Assembly (NCBI GenBank): GCA_903919535.1
Contig: CAIXIP010000008.1
Span: forward strand, 952-64,951
Direction of reading: 5' to 3'
Source of the DNA: an uncultured Bacteroidota bacterium
GTDB taxonomy: Bacteria > Bacteroidota > Bacteroidia > 2-12-FULL-35-15
DNA length: 64,000 bases
Shown: one piece after another, positions 39,989 through 50,721 of the stretch
How positions within the stretch are numbered: the stretch's first letter is position 1
Layout: each line of letters opens with the position of its first letter
Program-made: the position numbers and the translations under genes
The notes under the pieces: model-generated
Told to the model about the DNA's origin: nothing
Database searches by the model: none
The model's input: only the letters and a program-made list of their open reading frames with translations

Positions 39989-41284
39989 ATGAGCACAACA
40001 TCGATTGATAAAAAAACTGATCTGATTGTAGCAAAACTTGCTGAAAATATTATCGGATCTGAGATAATTAGATTAGCAGCCGAAGTAAATGAAAAAATTA
40101 AAAAAGGCGAAAAAATATATAATCTAACCATAGGTGATTTTAATCCTAAAGTGTTTCCAATACCTGCGGAGTTAAAGCAAGATATTATTAATGCTTATAT
40201 GGACGACCAAACTAATTATCCTGCAGCTGATGGTATGCTGGAATTGCGACAAGCTGTTTCAAAGTTATTGAAAGAACGTGGCGATTTGGATTATAAAACG
40301 GATGAAATTGTAATTGCCGGTGGTGCTCGCCCTGTTATTTATGCGATTTTCCGTGCTTTAGTTGATGCAGATGATACTGTTTTGTTTCCTGTTCCTTCTT
40401 GGAATAATAATCATTACACCTATTTAAATTTTGCAAAGCAGATAGCAATTGAAACTACTGTCGAAAATAATTTTATGCCAACTGCTGCAGAACTTAAACC
40501 GCATATTGGTGTTGCAAATTTAATTGCATTGTGTTCTCCATTAAATCCAACCGGAACAACATTCCGTAAAAAAGATCTGGAAGAAATTTGTGATATGATT
40601 TTGTTAGAGAATACCAAGAGAAATGCAGAAGGGAAAAAACCGGTATATCTAATGTTTGATCAAATTTATTGGGCACTTACCCATGGTGAAACAAAACACT
40701 ACAACCCGGTTACATTACGTCCCGAAATGAAAAATTATACCGTGTTTGTTGATGGGATTTCAAAATCATTAGCATCAACAGGTGTTCGTGTTGGATGGTC
40801 GATGGGACCAAAAAAGGTAATTGAAAAAATAAAATCTATCTTAACTCACGTAGGAGCCTGGGCGCCAAAAGCTGAGCAGGTAGCAACAGCTGTTTATTTA
40901 AATAATTTAGAAAACTACGATACGTATCTGGCAGATATTAAAACAAAAATAAACGATCGATTAGTAGGTTTTTACAAAGGTTTCCAAGCTCTTAAATCAG
41001 AAGGCTTTAAAGTAGATGCCATCGCTCCTGAAGCTGCAATATATTTAACTGTTCAGTTTTCATTACATGGACAAAAAACAGCGGATGGAAATGTGTTAGC
41101 TACAACTCAGGATGTAACAAAATATATTTTGGATGAAGCGAAAGTTGCATTGGTGCCTTTCTATGCTTTCGGTGCTTCATCAAATTCAAGTTGGTATCGT
41201 TTATCTGTTGGCACTTGTAGGTTAGAAGATGTTGACGGTGCAATTGAAAATTTAAGAAGTGCTCTAAAAAAATTAACGAAATAA
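39989..41284 (+). CDS. PLP-dependent aminotransferase, class I/II
   Basis: SKSLASTGVRVGW (Schiff-base Lys). ~430 aa. Start taken at MSTTSIDKK. Confidence 0.8.
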   Translation: MSTTSIDKKTDLIVAKLAENIIGSEIIRLAAEVNEKIKKGEKIYNLTIGDFNPKVFPIPAELKQDIINAYMDDQTNYPAADGMLELRQAVSKLLKERGDLDYKTDEIVIAGGARPVIYAIFRALVDADDTVLFPVPSWNNNHYTYLNFAKQIAIETTVENNFMPTAAELKPHIGVANLIALCSPLNPTGTTFRKKDLEEICDMILLENTKRNAEGKKPVYLMFDQIYWALTHGETKHYNPVTLRPEMKNYTVFVDGISKSLASTGVRVGWSMGPKKVIEKIKSILTHVGAWAPKAEQVATAVYLNNLENYDTYLADIKTKINDRLVGFYKGFQALKSEGFKVDAIAPEAAIYLTVQFSLHGQKTADGNVLATTQDVTKYILDEAKVALVPFYAFGASSNSSWYRLSVGTCRLEDVDGAIENLRSALKKLTK

Positions 41285-41372
41285 AACGAATTTTCGGAAT
41301 TTGAATCAACATTGATTAATAATCTTTAATGGTACAATGTTTTGAAATTCGTGAAGAAAAAATTATAGTATT

Positions 41373-42455
41373 GTGAAAAATAATTATTGTGTTATTATGG
41401 CAGGCGGCATTGGTAGCCGTTTTTGGCCAATGAGTAGAACTGCTCACCCAAAACAGTTCATGGATATTTTAGGGACAGGTGAAACATTATTGCAACAGAC
41501 ATACAATCGTTTTTTGCGTCTTTGTCCGAAAGAAAATATTTTTATTGTTACCAATGATTCCTATGTTGAACTTGTAAAAGAACAGATCAAAGGCATTGAA
41601 ACCAAAAACATTTTGAGTGAACCAGCTCGTAAAAATACAGCTCCTTGTGTTGCATACGCTTGTTACAAAATTGCTCAATTAAATCCTGATGCAATTACTG
41701 TAGTTGCTCCATCGGATCATTTAATAACTAAGGAAGATACTTTTGTTAAAGCAATAAATTCATGTTTTAAAAAAGCGGCATCAGAAGATTGTTTAGTCAC
41801 GCTCGGAATTAATCCAAGCAGACCAGATACCGGTTATGGATATATTCAATTTGTTGAGTCAAAAGAAAAGGACAATAGAATTAAAAAGGTAAAAACTTTT
41901 ACCGAAAAGCCAGATCTCGAAATGGCTAAATTCTTTTTGCAAAGTGGCGATTTTTTATGGAATTCGGGTATTTTTATCTGGAGCGTGAAAAGTGTGATTA
42001 ATGCATTTGAGAAACACTCACCTGATTTGGCAGCTGTTTTTAATGATGGAAATGCTGTTTATAATACTCCAGATGAAGCAGATTTTATTGCAAAGGCATA
42101 TACAAATTGCAAAAATATTTCTATCGATTATGCTATTTTGGAAAAAGCTGACAATGTTTATGTTCGTTCGTCAATAATTGGTTGGAGTGATCTTGGAACA
42201 TGGGGGTCGCTATATGAACACATTAAGCAGGATGATCAAAATAATGCTGTTGTTGGTAAAAATGTGATGATGTACGATTCAAAAAATTGTATTGTTAATG
42301 TGCCCAAAGATAAATTAGTTGTATTACAAGGTCTTGACGATTATATTGTTGTTGAATCGAATGAGATTTTGCTTATCTGTAAAAAGGAAGATGAGCAGCA
42401 AATACGAACATTTGTTAATGATGTGAAAGCAGAAAAAGGCGAAAAATTTGTTTAA
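41373..42455 (+). CDS. Mannose-1-phosphate guanylyltransferase
   Basis: IMAGGIGSRFWP nucleotidyltransferase motif. 360 aa. Confidence 0.85.
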   Translation: MKNNYCVIMAGGIGSRFWPMSRTAHPKQFMDILGTGETLLQQTYNRFLRLCPKENIFIVTNDSYVELVKEQIKGIETKNILSEPARKNTAPCVAYACYKIAQLNPDAITVVAPSDHLITKEDTFVKAINSCFKKAASEDCLVTLGINPSRPDTGYGYIQFVESKEKDNRIKKVKTFTEKPDLEMAKFFLQSGDFLWNSGIFIWSVKSVINAFEKHSPDLAAVFNDGNAVYNTPDEADFIAKAYTNCKNISIDYAILEKADNVYVRSSIIGWSDLGTWGSLYEHIKQDDQNNAVVGKNVMMYDSKNCIVNVPKDKLVVLQGLDDYIVVESNEILLICKKEDEQQIRTFVNDVKAEKGEKFV

Positions 42456-42564
42456 GATTCTGTGAGAAAATTATTTTCAGAAAAAATTCGCCCTAACAAT
42501 TTATTAGGCTTTTACAGTTGTAATTTTATTCTAGTTCCTAATAAATAAAATGTACGTATAGTAA

Positions 42565-43257
42565 TTAGTAATTGTCTTCGGATGTAACATGTTTTTTCCC
42601 TTTGTACGAGCCGGAAAAATATAAGATAAACTTTAAACCAACAATTGTTTGTTCCTGATTCCAATCGGCAAATAAGCTGGCACCTATTCCCACATCGTAT
42701 TTGATCTTTTTTATAACATCACCTTGCAAATAGAGGCCTGGTTCAACATAATGACGAGTGTACGTGGTGTCTCCGACTTTTGCATAGCCAGACGAGATTG
42801 TTGGCCCAACAGCGATTACAAATTGTACATCTTTGTCTTCAAATCGTTTTGCATATCCAAGATGAAATTGATAATTTGTAAGGAAATTATAATTTTCTCC
42901 TGTTACTAAAATCCCAGTTTGTAAATAATGTTGTTTAACATGAAAATTGAAATCTAAGCCTCCCGCAAAACCTAATGAGCGTTTGTAAGTTAAGTTTTGT
43001 TGAAATCCCCCACCAATAGTGATCCAATTGTTATAGTAACGAAATCGATTGTTTTTAATTACAAATTCGCTGTCAATAGGGATTTGTCTTTTCCTTTTTG
43101 ATGTTTCGATGCTTTGCTTTTTTTCTTCAACAGCTTTATAGTGCTTCCCGTTTATTATTACCTCATCTTTTCCTTTAACAGTATCTGTTTGGGATACTAA
43201 ATTAAATGAAATAAATATTCCAATAATAATAAGCAGTATGTTAAATTGTTTATTCAA
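42565..43257 (-). CDS. Hypothetical exported protein (probable OM beta-barrel)
   Basis: Signal peptide. C-terminal alternating hydrophobic pattern. Confidence 0.35.
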   Translation of the reverse strand: MNKQFNILLIIIGIFISFNLVSQTDTVKGKDEVIINGKHYKAVEEKKQSIETSKRKRQIPIDSEFVIKNNRFRYYNNWITIGGGFQQNLTYKRSLGFAGGLDFNFHVKQHYLQTGILVTGENYNFLTNYQFHLGYAKRFEDKDVQFVIAVGPTISSGYAKVGDTTYTRHYVEPGLYLQGDVIKKIKYDVGIGASLFADWNQEQTIVGLKFILYFSGSYKGKKHVTSEDNY

Positions 43258-43305
43258 TGGTTGGCTTTTTTCAATTTAAATTATTGACTTCTTAATTAAA
43301 ACAAT

Positions 43306-43344
43306 GAGCGAAGATAAAGTATTTCGTTTACTTTACCTTCGCTC
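43306..43344 (-). terminator. Terminator hairpin downstream of fumC with an unusually long 16-bp stem
   Basis: gagcgaagataaagta-tttcgtt-tactttaccttcgctc, one mismatch. Confidence 0.5.
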
Positions 43345-43392
43345 AAGAACAACGTTTGTTGTTAAAATTTATTTGAAAATTTGAATAAAAAT

Positions 43393-44796
43393 TTATGCAT
43401 GTTTTAATGAACCACACATATCTTCCGGTTTAACCCATTCATCAAATTGTTCATTTGTTAATAAGCCTAATTCTAGTGCCGCTTCACGTAATGTTTTATT
43501 TCCTTTGTGAGCAGTTTTGGCAATTTTTGCAGCATTTTCATAGCCAATATGTGTATTTAATGCAGTAACCAACATCAAGGAATTTTCAAGATGTTGTTTT
43601 AAAATAGGAAGATTTGGTTCGATACCTGCTGCGCAATTATCGTTAAATGAAACGCAAGCATCACCAATTAATCTAGCTGATTGCAAAACGTTTGCAGCGA
43701 TCAATGGTTTAAAAACATTCAATTCGAAATGCCCGTTAGAGCCACCAATTGAAACAGCCACATCGTTGCCCATTACTTGTGCGCAAACCATTGTTAATGC
43801 TTCCACCTGTGTAGGATTTACTTTGCCAGGCATAATAGATGACCCTGGTTCGTTATCCGGAATAATAATTTCACCAATTCCACAACGAGGACCAGAACTT
43901 AACATACGAACATCGTTTGCAATTTTCATCAATGCAACTGCTGAGCGTTTTAAAGCACCCGATAATTCAACCATTGCATCATGTGCTGCCAATGCTTCAA
44001 ATTTGTTTGGAGCAGTTACAAATGGCAAACCTGTAAGTTCTGCAATTTTTGCAGCAACTAATACATCGTATCCTTCAGGTGTATTTAGTCCAGTACCAAC
44101 AGCTGTTCCGCCTAAAGCCAATTCGCTAACCATTTCTAACGCATTTTTAATTGCGCGAATACTATTTGTTACTTGTTGTGCATAACCAGAAAATTCTTGC
44201 CCTAATGTTAATGGTGTTGCATCCATAAAGTGGGTGCGCCCTGTTTTTGTTATGCTTTTAAAGTCTTCCGATTTCTTCTTCAGTGTGTTTCTCAATTTTT
44301 CCATTCCCGGAAGGGTAATGTCAACAACTTGTTTGTAGGCTGCAATGTGCATAGCTGTTGGGTAGGTATCATTTGATGATTGTGATTTATTTACATCATC
44401 ATTTGGATGAATGAATGGTTTTCCTTCACCCAATTTATTTCCTAATAATACATGAGAACGATTAGAAACTACTTCATTCACATTCATGTTTGATTGTGTT
44501 CCAGAGCCTGTTTGCCATATTACCAAAGGAAATTCGCTATCTAATTTCCCTGCAATAATTTCATCACATACTTTAGCGATGATATCTTTTTTATCAGCTG
44601 CCAAAACACCCAATTCGTTGTTTGCCATAGCAGCAGCTTTTTTTAGATAACCGAATGCGTAAATAATTTCTTTTGGCATAGATGCTTCTGGTCCAATTTT
44701 AAAATTATTACGAGAACGTTCTGTTTGTGCTCCCCAATATTTATCGGCAGGTACTTTTACCTCGCCCATGGTGTCTTTTTCAATTCTGTAGCTCAT
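43393..44796 (-). CDS. fumC: Fumarate hydratase class II
   Basis: GSSxMPxKxN signature ([13 protein letters not shown]). Start taken at [12 protein letters not shown]. Confidence 0.95.
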   Translation of the reverse strand: MSYRIEKDTMGEVKVPADKYWGAQTERSRNNFKIGPEASMPKEIIYAFGYLKKAAAMANNELGVLAADKKDIIAKVCDEIIAGKLDSEFPLVIWQTGSGTQSNMNVNEVVSNRSHVLLGNKLGEGKPFIHPNDDVNKSQSSNDTYPTAMHIAAYKQVVDITLPGMEKLRNTLKKKSEDFKSITKTGRTHFMDATPLTLGQEFSGYAQQVTNSIRAIKNALEMVSELALGGTAVGTGLNTPEGYDVLVAAKIAELTGLPFVTAPNKFEALAAHDAMVELSGALKRSAVALMKIANDVRMLSSGPRCGIGEIIIPDNEPGSSIMPGKVNPTQVEALTMVCAQVMGNDVAVSIGGSNGHFELNVFKPLIAANVLQSARLIGDACVSFNDNCAAGIEPNLPILKQHLENSLMLVTALNTHIGYENAAKIAKTAHKGNKTLREAALELGLLTNEQFDEWVKPEDMCGSLKHA

Positions 44797-44902
44797 GTTT
44801 TTTGTATTTGAATTTATATTTTTGAAATTTTCAATTTGTAAAGTGAGTTTCAAATTTACAAAACGATTTCATCCAATTTGTGATATTCTTACGTGATATG
44901 AT

Positions 44903-45244
44903 TTATATCAGTTCCAATGCTTTTTCTGGTGGTCGGCCAATCACAGCTTTGTCCCCCTTAACTATTATAGGTCGTTCGATTAGTATTGGGTTTTCGGACA
45001 ATATTTTAATCCATTCCGTTTCAGAAAAAGTGTTGTTTTTGTATTTTTCTTTATATAGGATTTCACCTTTTCGCACAATTTCTTCTGCTTTCATACCAAG
45101 TTTTTTTAAGAGTTCTTGGATCTCTTTTTGGCTAGGAGGTGTTTTAAGATATTCAATCGTTTCAAAAGGAATGTTTTTTTCTTGAAGAATTGAACAAGCC
45201 TCACGACTTTTTGAGCAACGGACGTTATGATATATTTTTAACAT
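44903..45244 (-). CDS. ArsC/Spx-family (glutaredoxin-like) protein
   Basis: MLKIYHNVRCSKSREA has the ArsC-family N-terminal Cys. 113 aa. Confidence 0.75.
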   Translation of the reverse strand: MLKIYHNVRCSKSREACSILQEKNIPFETIEYLKTPPSQKEIQELLKKLGMKAEEIVRKGEILYKEKYKNNTFSETEWIKILSENPILIERPIIVKGDKAVIGRPPEKALELI

Positions 45245-45430
45245 TGGTGTGTTTTTTATATTCAGATTATTGTGTTATTGGAACGTTGATTATTATGATC
45301 TTTATGATTTAAATTGATTTTTATTGCCGATAGCGATGTAGATTAAATATGATTTATGAAGTTTTCACCCTTGAAAATTAGATCATCTTTTAACTTAATA
45401 ATCATAAAAATCTGCGTTCTGTTTATTTTT

Positions 45431-46520
45431 TTAGCTATTCCCATATTCCATTAAATAAGCTTTTATAAAATCATTTAAATCACCATCCATCACCCCTTGA
45501 ATATTCGATGTTTCATAACCTGTACGGATATCTTTTATTAATTTATAAGGATGAAAAACATAATTACGAATTTGTGATCCCCATTCTATTTTCTTTTTAT
45601 TCCCTTCAATGATGTTGATGGCATCACGTTGTTTTCGTAATTCAATTTCGAATAGTTGTGATTTTAAAAGTTTAATCGCATTTTCTTTATTTTGTAATTG
45701 CGAACGAGATTCCTGGTTTTTAATAATGATTCCAGAAGGCTTGTGATGCAATCGTACAGCAGTTTCTACTTTGTTTACATTTTGTCCACCAGCACCACCG
45801 GCACGAAATGTTTCAAACTCAATATCTCCTGGATTTACATCAATTTCGATGGTATCATCAATTAATGGATATGCATAAACGGATGCAAATGTTGTATGGC
45901 GTTTCCCGTTTGAATCGAATGGAGAGATGCGTACCAAACGGTGTACACCATTTTCACCTTTTAAGTAACCAAAGGCATAGTCGCCTTCAAACTCAAGTGT
46001 AACAGATTTAAGTCCTGCTACATCACCATCTGAACGGTCGGTTTCTTTTATTTTATATCCGTTTTTAGTGCCCCACATCATATACATGCGCATAAGCATT
46101 ACAACCCAATCGCAACTTTCGGTACCACCTGCACCTGCATTTATTTGTATGACGCAACTCAAAACATCCTCTTTCCCACTAAGCATGTTTTTAAATTCAA
46201 TTTCTTCCAGTTGTTTTACTGTTGTCAGAAACTGTTGCTGAACATCGTCTTCGGTGGCTTCTCCTTCTTTAAAGAAATCATATAGCAGCATTAAATCATC
46301 CATACTGCTTGAAATAGCATCATAGGATTTAATCCAGTTTTTTTTGATTTTGGTTTGTTTGAGGAGTTCTTCTGCTTTTTTAGGGTCGTCCCAAAATTTG
46401 GGCGCGAGTGCTTTTTCTTCTTCCTCTGCTACTTCGCGTAATTTCTGAGCGATGTCAAAGATGCCCCCTTAACGCATCCGTGCGCTCCCGAAGGTCTTTT
46501 AGTTGGTCGGTTGTTATCAT
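45431..46520 (-). CDS. prfB: Peptide chain release factor 2, expressed by programmed +1 ribosomal frameshift
   Basis: The frame-0 [24 protein letters not shown] stops at TGA within AGGGGGCATCTTTGAC (Shine-Dalgarno-like element plus the CUU UGA C slip site, rc of 46454-46470). The +1 frame continues into the 290-aa ORF, which carries the SPF and GGQ motifs. Confidence 0.9.
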
Positions 46521-46662
46521 CTCGCAAATTTAATAATAATTGCGAGTTTTAAAGGGATTTCAATGTATTTTTGCAAACGAATTTTTAAGTGTGAAGTTGG
46601 GATTCTAAATGCGAATATTATATTACGAATACGCTTAATTTATTAAAAAAGAGAATAATCAA

Positions 46663-47139
46663 ATGCAAGTAAACTATTTTAGAATTAACAAAAAGGAATA
46701 TTGTCATATTACAGAAGACAAACTTTTTATTATCAATAGCAAAGAAGTAAAACGTATCCCGTTGGAACATGATTTAAGTGAGGCATGGGGTATTGTAAGT
46801 GTTTTAAACTATTTAGTGTTTGCTTTTTTATTCGCATACATAAGTATTTCAGCATCAAATTACGGTGTAGATTTTTTTAAAGAGCCTATTAATTATGGCG
46901 GGATTTTGCTTTTGCTGCTTTCATTTATTAGAATAAAAAATGGGTTTTTAAGCAGTAACACTCCTTGTATTTCAAGAAATAAAATTAAAAATGTTTATTT
47001 TAAAACTCCTTGGTATTCTTTTCCTCAATTGGTTATTTATTTTGAAGGCCCAGAAGGGAAATTGTTGCGAAGAATTATTCCTATTTTGAATAAACAAGAA
47101 GCTCTGCTTGTATTGACAGATGCGGGCTTATTAAAATAA
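46663..47139 (+). CDS. Hypothetical membrane protein
   Basis: 158 aa with two predicted TM segments. Confidence 0.35.
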   Translation: MQVNYFRINKKEYCHITEDKLFIINSKEVKRIPLEHDLSEAWGIVSVLNYLVFAFLFAYISISASNYGVDFFKEPINYGGILLLLLSFIRIKNGFLSSNTPCISRNKIKNVYFKTPWYSFPQLVIYFEGPEGKLLRRIIPILNKQEALLVLTDAGLLK

Positions 47140-47622
47140 ATCGTCTTCTCGTTTCAGTATATCCCAAATTAAATCACTTTCAAATCCGCGAGAAGCTGCA
47201 TATTGCGCAATCTTATAATTTCGTATTTGTGATTTTCCACCTTTTATTTCTTTTGATTTTTTGGCAATGATCGCTTTCAACGTTTTAGTGTAATCATCCT
47301 CATCAATTTCCAACATTGCTTTACGGATGCAATAATCAGAGATCTTACGTTTTTTTAATTCTATTTTAATTTTAATTTTACCCCACTTTTTTATTCTGAA
47401 TTTTCCGCCTGCAAATGCTTTTGCAAACCTTTCTTCATTTAAATAGTTATCTGAAATTAATAAAGCGATTGTATTTTCCACAGCATCAGGGAACAACCCC
47501 CAATCATACAACTTGTCGCGCATTTCCTGCTGGCAGCGCTCCTGATAAACACAGGTCATTTGCGCTTTAATAAAAGCCTGAGCAGGAGTTAATTTCTTCT
47601 TTGGTTTCTTTTCTTCGAACAT
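47131..47622 (-). CDS. recX: Regulatory protein RecX
   Basis: 163 aa three-repeat helical pattern (CVYQERCQQEMRDKL..G). Size and motif fit RecX. Confidence 0.7.
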   Translation of the reverse strand: MFEEKKPKKKLTPAQAFIKAQMTCVYQERCQQEMRDKLYDWGLFPDAVENTIALLISDNYLNEERFAKAFAGGKFRIKKWGKIKIKIELKKRKISDYCIRKAMLEIDEDDYTKTLKAIIAKKSKEIKGGKSQIRNYKIAQYAASRGFESDLIWDILKREDDLF

Positions 47623-47729
47623 AATTCCTGAGTAAATTTAAGTAATTAATCAAGTTTTAATAATATTCCAATAGTTTTGTTACCAATTTGTGTTCTACTA
47701 ATTGAATACATATCCGGAATATAAAATTT

Positions 47730-48284
47730 GTGAGTAGCACACCTGAAGAAACATATAAGTTAAAAGGATTGAATCGTAATGAATTTATTACGGTGATATA
47801 CAATAGATATGGCAAGAAATTGTATTCATATGCAATTCGTACCTGGAATGTAAATGAAGATGTTGCTTGGGATCTGATCTATAAAACGCTTTATAAAGTA
47901 ATTGACAGTTATACAAAATATCAGTTTCAATCGGAAGAAAAATTTGCATCGTTCATTTTCAAGATTTTTATTAATTATTTACGAAATCACTACAGGGATA
48001 ATAAAACAGATAAAGTATTTGAGTTTAGTGCACTGGATGATGTGGACTTAAGTACTAAAGAAAGTAAAGAAGAAGAACTTAATTCCAATAAAAAATTAAT
48101 TGCTTTAAATGAAGTTTTGGATAAAATGGAAGATTGGGAACGAATGCTTTTGCTGATGAGAAGTGAAGGAAGAGCCTATTCGGATATCGCCCAATATATT
48201 GATAAACCCGAAAATCAGCTGAAAGTATATTATCAACGCTTGAAAGAACAAATTACAAAAAAATTAAATGATCGATCAGAATAA
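47730..48284 (+). CDS. ECF-like RNA polymerase sigma factor
   Basis: Region 2 (AWDLIYKTLYKV...FIFKIFINYLRNHYRD) and region 4 (ERMLLLMRSEGRAYSDIAQYIDKPENQLKVYYQRLKEQ). Its stop overlaps the start of the next gene. Confidence 0.7.
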   Translation: MSSTPEETYKLKGLNRNEFITVIYNRYGKKLYSYAIRTWNVNEDVAWDLIYKTLYKVIDSYTKYQFQSEEKFASFIFKIFINYLRNHYRDNKTDKVFEFSALDDVDLSTKESKEEELNSNKKLIALNEVLDKMEDWERMLLLMRSEGRAYSDIAQYIDKPENQLKVYYQRLKEQITKKLNDRSE

Positions 48285-50715
48285 TAATATAAACGATAAA
48301 CACATCCGCGACTTGCTCAAATGGCGCCTATTAGAGCAAGCTGAGGATGATGATGTACTAACCCAAAAACTTGTTGATATGGAAGCAAAACTTGCATTTA
48401 GTGAAGAGGCGCTATATGTGCCGTCATTACAAAAAGAAAAAGAACTCTTAGAAAAATTAGCAAAAATTAAACCCAATAGTATATTCCTTAAATGGCTATT
48501 GCCGGCTGTATTGGCTGTATTTATAATAGCTGCATTATTAATATATAATAATTTATCACAAAGATCATTAAATGCATCTGCAAATAGAATAGAGGGTCAG
48601 AATAAAAATAATGACTTGCCCTTTGTTGCATTATCAGATTCTTCAAAACAAAAAGAAAATACGATTATTGTAAAAGACTCTCTTGAAAAAATTACCCAAT
48701 CCGATACAACAACAACTGAAAGAAACGAAAAGTGGATGGTAGGTGATCCGGGAATAAAAGTGGACTATAAAACCGCTTCGCCAAAAAAGGATTCAAAATT
48801 TGTGGATTATGATAACATACCCGTTTTAACAGAAAAGCAAAAGGTGGAGAATGAAAAGCAAAAGGAAAAGATGTTAAAGCAACTGATGAAATGTGACAAT
48901 AACTATTGGGCCATTATCCCAACGAGTAAAGAAATATTTCCTGCTTCTTCCATTCCCAATACATTTTTAATGTCAACTACAGAAGTTACAAATGCCCAAT
49001 ATCGAGTTTTTTTGTATGATTTGCTTATTCATGATAAAATTGAAGAATACATAAAAGCTGTTCCGGATAGCACAAAATGGAGAGACAAGAATTCTTATAA
49101 TGAACCTTATGTTAGATATTATTTCACTCATCCTGCATATAATGATTACCCAGTATTAAATATCTCACGAGAAGGAGCTGAAATGTATTGTAATTGGCTT
49201 ACCAACTTGATCCATCAAAAGAGCAACAACGAGAAAGAAAAACAAGCACATCGTCAATATGATAATGAAGTGCGCTTGCCAACTGATGAAGAGTGGACGA
49301 TAGCTGCACGTGGAGGGGATGAGAATGCAATTTATCCCTGGGGAACAAATAGTGTGCAAAATGAATATGGATGTTATTTATGCAATATGCCAAGAAGAGA
49401 TGATATAAAACCCGAAGAGAAATGTATGGCAGTATATGCGGATGTCACAACTCCCGTTCATGCTTATAATCCCAATAAATATGGTTTGTATAATTTGAGT
49501 GGTAACGTTGCTGAAATGGTTGTAAAAAAGGACTCGCATATTCCGATAACCAAAGGTGGTGGCTGGAGAAGTGATCCTGAGCACGTAAAAATTAACAGTG
49601 AAGAAAATGAAGGAGTCGTCACCGCCTCTCCATTTATAGGCTTCAGACCGATTCTTACCATTTCAGAAGAAAGTAAAAAGCATCGAAAATTTATGTTGGA
49701 TCATCACATCCCGATTTTGAGTGATAATCAGATGGATGAAAATGATATTCAAAAAGCAAAAATGATTAAATCATTAATCAAATTAAATAAAATTGATTGG
49801 GCATACATACCGATGAGTACTGACAAAATATATGGGGAAGTGGTTTCTGTGCAAGGGTTTTATATGGCGACAACAGAGGTAACGAACAATAATTACCGTA
49901 TATTTTTATACGATCTTTTAATTCATGATAAGCTTGATGATTATTTGAAAGCGTTGCCTGATACTGCAAAATGGGATATCAATAAATTTAAGACAAAGGG
50001 ATATAATCCTGTGCCTAATAAAACGAACAAAGCAAACTCCGACACAACTAAAAAAACTGTTTTCTTTGAACCAATGATAAATATGTATTTCTGGCATCCT
50101 GCCTATAATGATTATCCAGTTGTTAATGTTTCTAGAGAAGGAGCAAAGATGTATTGCGATTGGTTAACAAATGTCTTTAATGAAAAAATTAAATCAGATA
50201 ATCCGAAAGAAAAATGGGAATCACTTTTTATGAATGATTTGCGTTTGCCCGCAGAAGAAGAATGGATGATTGCAGCCCGAGGAGGTAAAGTTGAAGCGGA
50301 ATATCCTTGGGAAATAAATAGTGTGCAAAATGCGAAAGGATGTTTCCTTTGTAATTTCGGAATTATCAAAGCAACCGATAAAATTGATACAACTGCAATT
50401 TGTGATAACGCTTTAAAGCAGCCTAGTTTTGCAAAATCTCCAGCTCGAGTTGGTTCTATGGTTTTTGATGGTGCTTTCACCACGGCAAAAGTTGGGACGT
50501 ACAATCCGAATGATTTTGGTTTGTATAACATGAGTGGGAATGTAGCCGAAATGGTTTTAAAATTCAAAAGTAAAATACCTGCAACAAAAGGTGGCAGTTG
50601 GTATAGTGATGCTGATCACATTAAAATAAGCGCAGAAGATGAATACGAAGTAGTCATCGGAGCCTCTCCGTTTATCGGATTTCGACCAGTGTTTACTGCA
50701 AAGCAAAGCAAATAA
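48268..50715 (+). CDS. Membrane-anchored anti-sigma-like protein with two tandem FGE-sulfatase (SUMF1/GldJ-like) domains
   Basis: ~70-aa cytoplasmic N-terminus, one TM (LPAVLAVFIIAALLIY), then two ~250-aa repeats. Each repeat contains TTEVTN.QYR.FLYDL, HPAYNDYPV.N.SREGA.MYC.WLTN, (V/L)RLP..EEW.IAARGG, GLYN(L/M)SGNVAEMV and TKGG.W, the hallmarks of formylglycine-generating-enzyme-like domains. Confidence 0.7.
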   Translation: MIDQNNNINDKHIRDLLKWRLLEQAEDDDVLTQKLVDMEAKLAFSEEALYVPSLQKEKELLEKLAKIKPNSIFLKWLLPAVLAVFIIAALLIYNNLSQRSLNASANRIEGQNKNNDLPFVALSDSSKQKENTIIVKDSLEKITQSDTTTTERNEKWMVGDPGIKVDYKTASPKKDSKFVDYDNIPVLTEKQKVENEKQKEKMLKQLMKCDNNYWAIIPTSKEIFPASSIPNTFLMSTTEVTNAQYRVFLYDLLIHDKIEEYIKAVPDSTKWRDKNSYNEPYVRYYFTHPAYNDYPVLNISREGAEMYCNWLTNLIHQKSNNEKEKQAHRQYDNEVRLPTDEEWTIAARGGDENAIYPWGTNSVQNEYGCYLCNMPRRDDIKPEEKCMAVYADVTTPVHAYNPNKYGLYNLSGNVAEMVVKKDSHIPITKGGGWRSDPEHVKINSEENEGVVTASPFIGFRPILTISEESKKHRKFMLDHHIPILSDNQMDENDIQKAKMIKSLIKLNKIDWAYIPMSTDKIYGEVVSVQGFYMATTEVTNNNYRIFLYDLLIHDKLDDYLKALPDTAKWDINKFKTKGYNPVPNKTNKANSDTTKKTVFFEPMINMYFWHPAYNDYPVVNVSREGAKMYCDWLTNVFNEKIKSDNPKEKWESLFMNDLRLPAEEEWMIAARGGKVEAEYPWEINSVQNAKGCFLCNFGIIKATDKIDTTAICDNALKQPSFAKSPARVGSMVFDGAFTTAKVGTYNPNDFGLYNMSGNVAEMVLKFKSKIPATKGGSWYSDADHIKISAEDEYEVVIGASPFIGFRPVFTAKQSK

Positions 50716-50721
50716 AATTTT

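Noticed and set aside
49165-50567. Cluster of 63-151-aa minus-strand ORFs within the FGE-domain gene
   Set aside because: Antisense shadow ORFs of the 815-aa plus-strand CDS. The duplicated plus-strand domain structure explains their recurrence.
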